From positions 156,238 to 220,237 of the IMG/VR virus record IMGVR_UViG_3300011934_000017: DNA of 64,000 nt; one strand, written 5' to 3'. Positions 1 through 8,163 of this stretch are shown here, one piece after another; within the stretch, counting starts at the first letter, position 1; the number at the start of each line of letters is the position of its first letter. A model generated the notes under the pieces. It ran no database searches. It was not told where the DNA came from and worked only from the letters and a program-made list of their open reading frames with translations. The position numbers were made by a program, and so were the translations under genes.

Positions 1-377
1 AGAAAGTTTTGGACATTGTTCACATACTGAGGAACAGTAGGGAGCTTAGCTACCTGTAAAAACGCTCTCACATGTTGAGGCTCAATAGGCACATCGACGC
101 CAACAGTACCCTTGTCACTCCATACGACTTTTTGAAAACGTTTCCAGATAACGTCTCGGAAGAATTGATGTACCATAGCTTGAAAGCGTTTATCTTTGGC
201 CACCAAGCTGTATGTACGTCCTATAAAGTCGAGCACATCAGGCGCTTGCTTGGGCTTTATGGTGCCGTTTCTAAGATCGAGGAGGGTATCTTTATCTTTT
301 GCGGAGGAACACTCTGCAATAAAGTCAAGGGAGCCGTCAATATTGTTGCTCGCCTGAATTGTTCTAGTTTTAGCCAT
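1..377 (-). CDS. Hypothetical protein, truncated at window edge (MAKTRTIQASNNIDGSLDF...)
   Basis: Manual translation: ATG at 377, frame open to the left edge, starts 7 nt after the stop of the acidic gene. Not in the ORF track. Confidence 0.75.
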   Translation of the reverse strand, partial: MAKTRTIQASNNIDGSLDFIAECSSAKDKDTLLDLRNGTIKPKQAPDVLDFIGRTYSLVAKDKRFQAMVHQFFRDVIWKRFQKVVWSDKGTVGVDVPIEPQHVRAFLQVAKLPTVPQYVNNVQNF

Positions 378-384
378 GCTAAGT

Positions 385-888
385 TCAATCTGCATCTTCT
401 TCTCCTTCGTCTTCTGAGTCTTCTTCTAGGTCTGCATCCTCGTCTTCCTCTTCTCCTAGGTCTGCATCCTCGTCAGCATCTTCGTCTGGCTCGTCATCAT
501 CTGCATCGTCATCTGACTCGCCATCATCGTCCCCATCATTGGCATCGCCGCCATCAGCATCATCGGCATCATCGTCGGCATCATCATCACCAGCATCGTC
601 ATCACCTTTTTCTTTGGAATCATCGTCATCAAGATCAAGACCTTTAGTAAGATCGTCACCTTCTTCTTCGGGCTTCTCTTCACCATCTTTCTTTTCTTCA
701 CCTTTTTCTTTTTGCTCTTTCTTAGCTTCTTCTTTCTTCTGCTCTCGGTCTTCTTTCTTTTCTTCTGCCTCTTCTTCTTCGGAAGGCTCAGTTTGAATAG
801 CCGTTCCAGGATCGGTAGGTCCATAAGAAGCTAACACTTCGCGCATGGAGTTTTCATCAAATGATATGGAAATAAACATGTTCTTCAC
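385..888 (-). CDS. Highly acidic low-complexity protein (about 50% D+E)
   Basis: 83 D/E of 167 aa by count; start GTG 888 or ATG 879 (AGGTG upstream); lies between co-oriented genes. Confidence 0.85.
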   Translation of the reverse strand: MKNMFISISFDENSMREVLASYGPTDPGTAIQTEPSEEEEAEEKKEDREQKKEEAKKEQKEKGEEKKDGEEKPEEEGDDLTKGLDLDDDDSKEKGDDDAGDDDADDDADDADGGDANDGDDDGESDDDADDDEPDEDADEDADLGEEEDEDADLEEDSEDEGEEDAD

Positions 889-891
889 CTG

Positions 892-1929
892 CTATTCGAT
901 ATTTATGGCTGAAATAAGCTCTTGCTTATCTTCCTCGTCGGAAGGGTGTTCAGACATAAAATCTTTGAGTGTTTTTCGGAGTTTCTTATCGTTAAAGCAG
1001 ACACCTAACATAGGACATTCCTTATAGTAGGCAATCTCTTTCTCATAAAACGCCAACGTCTTGCAAGGTTTATGCTTTATTGCCTTATCTGGATTTTGTT
1101 GTTTGAAGCTTTCTACTCCAGCCTTAAACTTCAATCTTTCGTTCTTTATGAGCGCCGCGCATTCTTCGTCCCACTTGTCTGTCCAGGTTTCTGAGTATTC
1201 GAAGAAATTAAACGGGTTGTCGCGGCTAAAATAAATCAGACTAAATCCTGCAATATCCATGTTGTACTTCTTCTTCAGAACCCAACAGTATGTAGGAAGC
1301 TGCTTTAAGTGACCTCTCTGAGGAAGCTTACCGCTGTCCATTTTATTCTTGGTGGTAGTCTTATAATCCGCTACCCAGTATCTTCCATCTTGCATCTTTA
1401 TGATACAGTCAATATGACCCTTTAAACCGCGGTAATTGATTTCTTTCTCAACGTACTCCATACCGCTTTTGCATATAGGGCACTTATTATTTGTACTATT
1501 CTTCCGTGTGAGCTTTCCTTTACGCACTATTTGACCGTGTTTGTCGTAAAGATCGAGTCCTCTGGCACCTTTTTTGCATTTATGATTAATGCACTTCCAG
1601 TCACCAAAAATCTTTCCAGAAAAACCCATGTGAAATTGAATGTTCTCGTGGGCTTTTGTGCCTATAGAGGTGAAGTAGTCCCCTGAGGCGGAACACTCGC
1701 TCTCGAAATAACCTATAGAGGCTCCTTTTGTAAGCTTCATGAAAACTAATATGCTACACAAAGGAAAAGCAGAGGGTCTATACTCAGGTCTTCTTCCTTC
1801 TTTTGTAGAGTATACGTTTTCCATAGCGTTCTCGTAGAGCTTGCCCGCTATAGATGTGGCTTTTGATCGTCTCGGAGGAAAACCACCTTTGGTAAACGTT
1901 TTCTTCTTAGGGATACGTGAATTAAACAC
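892..1929 (-). CDS. Cas4/RecB-like PD-(D/E)XK exonuclease with Cys cluster and inserted zinc ribbon
   Basis: RPSAFPLC, GTKAHE, GHID...DYKT, QLPTY, C-terminal PC...CPMLGVC; extra CxxxxC...CPIC; GAGG RBS before GTG. Confidence 0.8.
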   Translation of the reverse strand: MFNSRIPKKKTFTKGGFPPRRSKATSIAGKLYENAMENVYSTKEGRRPEYRPSAFPLCSILVFMKLTKGASIGYFESECSASGDYFTSIGTKAHENIQFHMGFSGKIFGDWKCINHKCKKGARGLDLYDKHGQIVRKGKLTRKNSTNNKCPICKSGMEYVEKEINYRGLKGHIDCIIKMQDGRYWVADYKTTTKNKMDSGKLPQRGHLKQLPTYCWVLKKKYNMDIAGFSLIYFSRDNPFNFFEYSETWTDKWDEECAALIKNERLKFKAGVESFKQQNPDKAIKHKPCKTLAFYEKEIAYYKECPMLGVCFNDKKLRKTLKDFMSEHPSDEEDKQELISAINIE

Positions 1930-1941
1930 AAGTGAATCCTC

Positions 1942-1991
1942 GTGTAAATATAGTCATTATTTACACATAAATGTAAATAGCATCTATATAA
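1942..1991. promoter_or_regulatory. Divergent promoter region with three TGTAAATA copies
   Basis: GTGTAAATA-N7-TATTTACAC perfect inverted repeat at 1942-1966, plus TGTAAATA 1972-1979 followed by TATATAA, between divergent nuclease and primase genes. Confidence 0.7.
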
Positions 1992-2012
1992 ATTACAGCT
2001 TGGGATGTTTGC

Positions 2013-2993
2013 ATGAGCGATGCCCGTCAAATAATATTCGATGAAATAACGTCCAAGATAGGTGGTAGCAAAAAGCTGGCTGGCGACACCTATATGATAT
2101 GTTGCCCTTACCACAGCGACAGCACACCGTCTGGAGGTATCAACCTGGCGGTAGAGTCGAACATACCACTAGGCTACTATCACTGCTTTGGTTGTGGAGA
2201 GAAACGTCATTGGAACTCATTGGCTGAGACGCTAGGTCTTCACCAGTTCAAAGATTGGGAATTGTCTTTCAAAGGAAATGGAGGCACAGAAAAGAGAAAA
2301 TCAAAGACGGTAACCTATGAGACACATAAACAAGAATTGCGTCGGTCACTCAACACGTATGAAAGCATCGACTGGCCTGCGAATATGTCATGGCGAGGCT
2401 ATAACGGTACCCTACTGCGTAAGCTTGGTGGCGTCTTTTATAATGATCCGATGACAGATCAAGTAATGCTGTTCTTTCCTGTGTACATAAATAAAAAGTA
2501 CAAAGGTGGCGTAAGAGCTTACCTAGAAAAACAAACAAACGGCCTTAGCTATCTGACAACGAAAGGAGAGTGGGTAAAAGACTACGGTCTTCTTGGTTAC
2601 GAGTACATAAAACGTATTATGCGAAAGCGACAGTATACTGCGGTCGTGCTTGTTGAAGGACCAAGAGATATGCTTCGACTGATAGACAACAAGATACCTG
2701 CATTGGCTGTACTAGGTTCCGAAAACTTCTCAGAGAAAAAGCTTTTACGTGTGCTGGCGCTTAATTCTTATATAGAAACAATATACGTGATGCCAGATAA
2801 CGATAAAGCAGGAACCAAGATGTACTCAATCGTTAAACGAGTAGCCAAAGATATGGTAAAAGTGAAAAGACTGAAGCTGCCTCGTGAGAAAGACATGGAA
2901 GGCAATCTGATTAAAATGGATCCAGATGATGCACCGATCGGTCTTATTCAGCAAGTGAAAAAGATTATAGAAGCAAGCCGAAAAGCCGCGTAA
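2013..2993 (+). CDS. dnaG: DnaG-type DNA primase (zinc finger + TOPRIM)
   Basis: CPYH...CFGC zinc finger, VLVEGPRD and PDNDKAG TOPRIM motifs. Confidence 0.9.
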   Translation: MSDARQIIFDEITSKIGGSKKLAGDTYMICCPYHSDSTPSGGINLAVESNIPLGYYHCFGCGEKRHWNSLAETLGLHQFKDWELSFKGNGGTEKRKSKTVTYETHKQELRRSLNTYESIDWPANMSWRGYNGTLLRKLGGVFYNDPMTDQVMLFFPVYINKKYKGGVRAYLEKQTNGLSYLTTKGEWVKDYGLLGYEYIKRIMRKRQYTAVVLVEGPRDMLRLIDNKIPALAVLGSENFSEKKLLRVLALNSYIETIYVMPDNDKAGTKMYSIVKRVAKDMVKVKRLKLPREKDMEGNLIKMDPDDAPIGLIQQVKKIIEASRKAA

Positions 2994-3009
2994 TAAAAAC
3001 ACACAGTTC

Positions 3010-3049
3010 AGACACAAAAAAGGCCGCATTTGCGGCCTTTTTTGTGTCT
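3010..3049. terminator. Bidirectional rho-independent terminator
   Basis: Perfect 19-bp inverted repeat AGACACAAAAAAGGCCGCA-TT-TGCGGCCTTTTTTGTGTCT between convergent genes. Confidence 0.9.
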
Positions 3050-3069
3050 ATGGTAAATGCTTAGAAGAT

Positions 3070-3672
3070 TTATTCGTCTTCCATTACATCCATAGCTTCG
3101 ACACACCATGCTTTCAGCTCGGCACTGGATGTGTTATCCATGAGGTACTGGACGTCTTTTGCGTTCATTGTATCAAGCTTAGTCTCAAGCTCTACAATCA
3201 AGTCCTCAACGCCTTCTTCTGAAGCGCGTAGCAGAATGTTTTGTACAAACTGGCTAACGTCATCTTTGGCTTTCGGAGGCTCTGCGTTAACGCTTTCTTC
3301 GACAGGTGCTTGGAAGCTCAGGTCGTTGTCTTCTTGCAGAACGTCGAAGATGCGGTCGTATTCTTTCTGGGCACGAGGATCTTGTAGAAATTCCTCTGCG
3401 CTTTCGCTGCTAACGATATGTACGAAACCGCGAGCAACCAAACGACGGAAGTTAGGGTTGCGAAGAACGTCTTCTTTGGTAGCAAAGGTAGATAGATCGA
3501 CCGGAATGAAAGTAACCGGTACCTGTACAGAAATTTTCTGTTGACCAGAATCTACCACAACAAAGTTTACGTTGCCGCGCGGATTGCTTTTGTTCAGCAC
3601 GTAAATTTGTGAAGAGTCAGACTTTTCAGCCTGTGCTACGTTTTGACGATCCATTTTTACTTTAATAGGCAT
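3070..3672 (-). CDS. Hypothetical protein
   Basis: Long ORF; ATG 3672 preceded by GAGGAG, preferred over TTG 3690. Confidence 0.8.
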   Translation of the reverse strand: MPIKVKMDRQNVAQAEKSDSSQIYVLNKSNPRGNVNFVVVDSGQQKISVQVPVTFIPVDLSTFATKEDVLRNPNFRRLVARGFVHIVSSESAEEFLQDPRAQKEYDRIFDVLQEDNDLSFQAPVEESVNAEPPKAKDDVSQFVQNILLRASEEGVEDLIVELETKLDTMNAKDVQYLMDNTSSAELKAWCVEAMDVMEDE

Positions 3673-3682
3673 TATTGTCTCC

Positions 3683-4237
3683 TCAGACAACGTTATTGAA
3701 AAGGGTGTTTCCAGAGTCCAGAATCTTCAAAGCTTTTTGTGCAGCTAGAAAATCCTTATTGCTAAGTTGAAGGGCGTCTTTGAGTTTGAATTTGGCTCCT
3801 ACTATTGAGGTTGTAAGGCTTTCATCAAATATCAGAGTAAGCATCCAAGTTTCGAAATGAAGCTTTTTCAGAGTCAAAGGTTCAGAGGTTATCAGGTCGT
3901 CGATTATATTGGATTTGCCTTCTACATAATTGAAACCATCTGTCTCTGTTTTTGTTTCAGTCAGAACAGAAATAATCCGCTGTAACATAATCAAATGTTT
4001 AACCTGCTCAACAGCCCTTTTTCTCAGTTTAGTAACGTCTTTTACCGAAAGCTCCTTGTGCGGAAACTTGTAGTGTAAGAGTTCATGGTCCGAAAAAGGC
4101 TTGTCTTCAGAACTAAACGTTATGTCTAGCCCTAAACAGTTATTCCGTGTTCGTGTTGAGTGGAACTTGCACGTAGTAACGCAACACTTGGTCTTAAACT
4201 TGTAACCTGAATGCAAAGGGCACGTCTTTATTTCCAT
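3683..4237 (-). CDS. Hypothetical protein with N-terminal Cys/His cluster
   Basis: GGAGG RBS, upstream TGTAAATA (4270-4263); CPLH...CCVTTCKFH...C. Confidence 0.8.
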   Translation of the reverse strand: MEIKTCPLHSGYKFKTKCCVTTCKFHSTRTRNNCLGLDITFSSEDKPFSDHELLHYKFPHKELSVKDVTKLRKRAVEQVKHLIMLQRIISVLTETKTETDGFNYVEGKSNIIDDLITSEPLTLKKLHFETWMLTLIFDESLTTSIVGAKFKLKDALQLSNKDFLAAQKALKILDSGNTLFNNVV

Positions 4238-4265
4238 GAAACCTCCAGTCCGCGTAGTAGTGTAT

Positions 4266-4850
4266 TTACAACTTTGGACTAGATTCGAAGTGGTTTAGGA
4301 AAGAGTTTAGTCTGTTAGGTCCTTCCAAACATTCAAATGGTTCTAAGTCAAAATGCTTGCAAGCATGATAGATTCCCATAAGCGAACAGTCCAGTTCGTG
4401 CACCGTTTTTCTTTCAGCTTTTGGCAGAGGTTTTACCAGCTCTTTGAGTTCATCGTAAAGCTCATTCAGAGGTTTAACGTCTTCCTCTTTGAACCTTCGG
4501 TTGAAGCTGTTCTTCCAGGTCGATGCGGTGTACAGATGGAGTTGCGGGTACAAAGTCACAAGAATACCGAGCATCATGTTGATGGACTCTATGGTAATTC
4601 CTTTGAGACCTCTTGATTGAAAGCGTTCAGCAACAACCAAATCAAAAGGACCGAACTCGCTTTCCAGACTAAGAATTTCTGCCATGAAGCTGCGATACTC
4701 GTTACGAATCGTAGCAGGGTTTTTAATCGTGTCGTAAACAAGCTTGGTTCCCATAACGCGAATTTTTAAGCGGGAGCTTGATGCGAGTTTAATAACGGAT
4801 GCGGCGTAGTTTGTGGTGCCGGGGTCCATTGAGAGTACAGTTATTGTCAT
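4266..4850 (-). CDS. ruvC: RuvC-like Holliday junction resolvase
   Basis: LSMDPGTTNYA, VVAERFQ, E-SINM and HELD acidic motifs; ATG 4850 with GGAGG RBS. Confidence 0.8.
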   Translation of the reverse strand: MTITVLSMDPGTTNYAASVIKLASSSRLKIRVMGTKLVYDTIKNPATIRNEYRSFMAEILSLESEFGPFDLVVAERFQSRGLKGITIESINMMLGILVTLYPQLHLYTASTWKNSFNRRFKEEDVKPLNELYDELKELVKPLPKAERKTVHELDCSLMGIYHACKHFDLEPFECLEGPNRLNSFLNHFESSPKL

Positions 4851-4935
4851 GGGGACCCTCCATAGGTATATAGCGCAAATTACTAAACGAAGGTCTGATA
4901 ATTTCAATTACATGCTAGAGTCTCAGGAGAATGAC

Positions 4936-6090
4936 ATGGCTAGAATACGCAGAGGTACGGGAGGCAAGCTCCGTAAAAATGCAAAGAACTTTACGCACAA
5001 ACAAGCGCAAGCACGTTTGCAAGAAACGGTAGCACCCTTTAACAAACAGGTAGATAACTCGCTACGAGTAAATGCTGTAGAGATTGATTATTACCAGACA
5101 CAAAACAAAATAGGCAGACCATGTACTTGCGACAAGATACAAATATATGATGAACAAAAGACGCGAGACGGTGGCAGCAATTCAAATCATATAGAACCAG
5201 TTGTACCTACCGTAGACGAAGACAGTAGCTCAAGATTAGATATTGAGCTTCAGGACGACAATCTGTTTGGTGATGGGCCTGCTGAAAAGCTGTACGGTGA
5301 AAACGTATATGATGTTAGTGGTTCCGACAATCTGAAAGACGACGATATTCCTGACGAAATATATCGAAACATGTTGGCAGGCGAAGGCGACGTAGCCATG
5401 TCTGAAACCTCCATGTTCGGTTCAAATGCTAACTGTGGAATATGCTATCGTGTAGGTTTCCAGCCGGGGTACAAGTCATACGGCAAACAGCGTACATTGT
5501 TGACCACGTGGGACATTAAAGACATAAGCAGTTATAATGTTGTCACGACCGAGACACCTAATAAGATGCGGCGTCAAGGCCCCAAAACAGACTACACGTT
5601 TGTTGAGTTCACCTTGTTCGTTCCGAAGTATTTCAAGTCTTGTATTTTCAGCATTCGAAACAACACACAGATTCTACAAGGTGAGCGGATTCGAGCGTTT
5701 AACCAACCGCTGACTTTGAAAACGTTGAAAGACAATGCAGGCAAAGAAATTGTGGTTCGAGTGGATGCGTTGGAGTTCACGCATATTGTTGTCGAGTTTG
5801 ATCTAGGTGTTCAAAAGACATATGCCAATCTAGGACCAGAAAGCCAAGCGCTTGACTATTCCAAGATGGATGCGCTTTCAAACTTTCCTTTAGTTCTTCC
5901 TCCTTCTATTCACGAGGTCAATACAGGTGATGTTATAGTCATCAAAGACCGAAAACTGGTACTAAAAATCATAGACCTGGAGAGAAAGATAACAGCAGAT
6001 AAGAGGCAATTAGAATGGACAGTTCAAACTCGACTAATCCAAAAAACAGAACCCTTGAGAGACATTGCGAAGGGCATGAAGATTCTGTAG
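4936..6090 (+). CDS. Putative virion structural protein with CxC...CxxC motif (possibly head closure/neck type)
   Basis: AGGAGA RBS before ATG 4936; PCTC and CGICYRVGFQPGY. The function is inference. Confidence 0.55.
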   Translation: MARIRRGTGGKLRKNAKNFTHKQAQARLQETVAPFNKQVDNSLRVNAVEIDYYQTQNKIGRPCTCDKIQIYDEQKTRDGGSNSNHIEPVVPTVDEDSSSRLDIELQDDNLFGDGPAEKLYGENVYDVSGSDNLKDDDIPDEIYRNMLAGEGDVAMSETSMFGSNANCGICYRVGFQPGYKSYGKQRTLLTTWDIKDISSYNVVTTETPNKMRRQGPKTDYTFVEFTLFVPKYFKSCIFSIRNNTQILQGERIRAFNQPLTLKTLKDNAGKEIVVRVDALEFTHIVVEFDLGVQKTYANLGPESQALDYSKMDALSNFPLVLPPSIHEVNTGDVIVIKDRKLVLKIIDLERKITADKRQLEWTVQTRLIQKTEPLRDIAKGMKIL

Positions 6091-7505
6091 GAAGAAAGAA
6101 TTACATTGTCACCGTAAAAAGAAATGTCGTCAAAGAAGACGTGCTGGATGAATTACAGCGCCCAGAATGCGGATGCGTCCATCGAAGCGTCGAAGTAACC
6201 GACTTCCAATCGTTGAGCAGAAGGAATTTCACAGTAGCTTTGACTGTGGAAGAGCGGGATATCCTGAGAGAAAGCGACAATGTGGTTGATGTTGTTTTGG
6301 AAGAAGGCTTCAATAGAATGAAGCCTGTGCTTGAAGAGCAACTGATTAATCCTGCTTTTGAGAATAGCGCTTCAAGCACCCACGACAACTGGGCTCTGGA
6401 TCATTGTGCGTTTCGAAACGGATACAAGTACATTTACTCGCACACCGGAAAGAACGTAGACATAATCTTCATTGACTCAGGTGTGGACCCTAATCACTCT
6501 GAGTTCGAACAGAACGGTGTATCCAGAGTCCGCGTTATTGAATGGGAAGCTGGACAGTTCAGCACTAAGCCAGATCAATACGTAGACACGGAGGGTCATG
6601 GGACTGGTGTGTCTAGCTGTGGTGTAGGCAAAAGACAAGGCTTCGCAAAAGACAGTGACATATATAGCATAAAGATTTTTGATAATGATGCCTACAGCCC
6701 GTTAAAAGCGTTGCAGCTTGCGCGTACTTGGCACAATCAAAAGACGAACGGTCGTCCTACCATAGTGAACAATAGCTGGGGATATTCAGCGGAGTATCCA
6801 CCTGGGCATCCTAAAGCAGGACAAAAGCATCCTGTTCAAGTAGCTGTGATAGATGCTGAAATCGAATCCATGATAGACGCGGGCATTATAGTAGTAAGCG
6901 CAGCAGGAAATGAAAATCACCACGTAGCCGCAGAAGGCACTGCCGAATACGATGATTTTTACTACACAGACAGCAGCGGTAACTACACCGAAATTATGGA
7001 GGATGCTGCATACTTTGATAGGAACAATCGATACACGCCGGGCGGTTCTGCCGAGACGATATGCGTTGGTTCAATAGGTGAGTTCTATCCTACTTCCAGA
7101 TTCATAAGGTCATGGTTTTCTAATTTTGGAAGTAGGGTAGACATATTTGCTCCAGGACGTGTGATTCAGTGTGCTCAGTCCTTAACAACAAACGATCTAA
7201 AGAAAACCAATGGTACTTCTTTTTCTTCCGGCATTCTGAGCGGTATAATTGCGCTTTGGTTAGAGATAAACCCGACTGCGAATCAAATGGATGTTAGAAA
7301 ATGGCTGAGTAGGCATGCCTTTTCAAGCGAGGTCGTAGGCAGTTTAGAAGGTGCAGAAAATCAAACAGCCAGAGTATTGTTCAACGGTGTCAGAGCAGCT
7401 AAAGACACTCCTCATACAATACTGTTGAAGCAAGGTAATCAATGGTATCCAGTACAACATATAACCAGCAATAAACGAGCCGTATATGGCAGGAGAATTT
7501 CATGA
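6015..7505 (+). CDS. Subtilisin-family (S8) serine protease with I9-like prodomain
   Basis: Triad motifs FIDSGV, EGHGTGV, NGTSFS; oxyanion AAGNE; NNSWG, FSNFGSRVDIFAPG. Start uncertain (76-nt overlap with the upstream gene). Confidence 0.9.
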   Translation: MDSSNSTNPKNRTLERHCEGHEDSVGRKNYIVTVKRNVVKEDVLDELQRPECGCVHRSVEVTDFQSLSRRNFTVALTVEERDILRESDNVVDVVLEEGFNRMKPVLEEQLINPAFENSASSTHDNWALDHCAFRNGYKYIYSHTGKNVDIIFIDSGVDPNHSEFEQNGVSRVRVIEWEAGQFSTKPDQYVDTEGHGTGVSSCGVGKRQGFAKDSDIYSIKIFDNDAYSPLKALQLARTWHNQKTNGRPTIVNNSWGYSAEYPPGHPKAGQKHPVQVAVIDAEIESMIDAGIIVVSAAGNENHHVAAEGTAEYDDFYYTDSSGNYTEIMEDAAYFDRNNRYTPGGSAETICVGSIGEFYPTSRFIRSWFSNFGSRVDIFAPGRVIQCAQSLTTNDLKKTNGTSFSSGILSGIIALWLEINPTANQMDVRKWLSRHAFSSEVVGSLEGAENQTARVLFNGVRAAKDTPHTILLKQGNQWYPVQHITSNKRAVYGRRIS

Positions 7506-8119
7506 ACGACAAGAGCCTAGAAATTTCAAAGAACATGGTAGTATTAGCACGTCGTCGCAAAGGTAAAGGAAAGAAGCGTGGTTCAGCGCGTAGCCAGATG
7601 CTAAAGATGGTCATGCCTATGCTTTCCCGTGAACATGGAGAGAAACTAGCAGAAGCTATCGAACACAATAACGTAAGTCTGCTACGCCGCACATGGGATT
7701 CAATTAAACATGATCTATCGGAAAAGCTGGCGAATGAAGCTACTGCCAGCGACTTTGCTTCTGAAGTCCAAGAAATCTTTGATAAAGTCTTTAAAGACCT
7801 TGAAGAAGAGTTTCTTTCACAATCAGCGTCTAAGAACAGAGGACGTTTGTTAACAGGCACCGCGCGTATTCCCTCTTTGACTCGTGATCTAATTGCAGAT
7901 GGTTATGTTGAATTTACCGATGCAAAAAATAACGTCTATACTGTGACTATCACGCAGCTTGGTGTTAAGAAAGTTGGAAATCCTCAACCAATAATCTATG
8001 CAGGCGCTTTAATTACCTCTGATTCCGGAATGAAAGAAGGTATATCTGCTTCTGGAATTTATGCTGACGTTTGTTCGGAGATTATTATTTCTGCTATGTC
8101 GCTGTCAGAAAACGATTAA
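7502..8119 (+). CDS. Hypothetical protein
   Basis: ATGA overlap with the protease stop; followed by a terminator. Confidence 0.8.
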   Translation: MNDKSLEISKNMVVLARRRKGKGKKRGSARSQMLKMVMPMLSREHGEKLAEAIEHNNVSLLRRTWDSIKHDLSEKLANEATASDFASEVQEIFDKVFKDLEEEFLSQSASKNRGRLLTGTARIPSLTRDLIADGYVEFTDAKNNVYTVTITQLGVKKVGNPQPIIYAGALITSDSGMKEGISASGIYADVCSEIIISAMSLSEND

Positions 8120-8135
8120 ACCTACCGAAACCTCT

Positions 8136-8163
8136 AAAAAGGGCGGCAAATGCTGCCTTTTTT
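8136..8163 (+). terminator. Rho-independent terminator
   Basis: AAGGGCGGCA-AA-TGCTGCCTTT stem followed by T run. Confidence 0.8.

Noticed and set aside
72-647. His/Arg-rich + strand ORF (191 aa)
   Set aside because: Antisense shadow of the acidic gene and the 1-377 gene; no RBS.
892-1929. CRISPR-Cas locus implied by the Cas4-like gene
   Set aside because: No repeat-spacer array or other cas genes seen; all repeats found are coding or origin-like.
6015-6090. Programmed -1 frameshift fusing the 4936 protein to the subtilisin
   Set aside because: No canonical X XXY YYZ heptamer in frame, and ATG 6015 has an AAGAGG RBS. The start remains somewhat uncertain.
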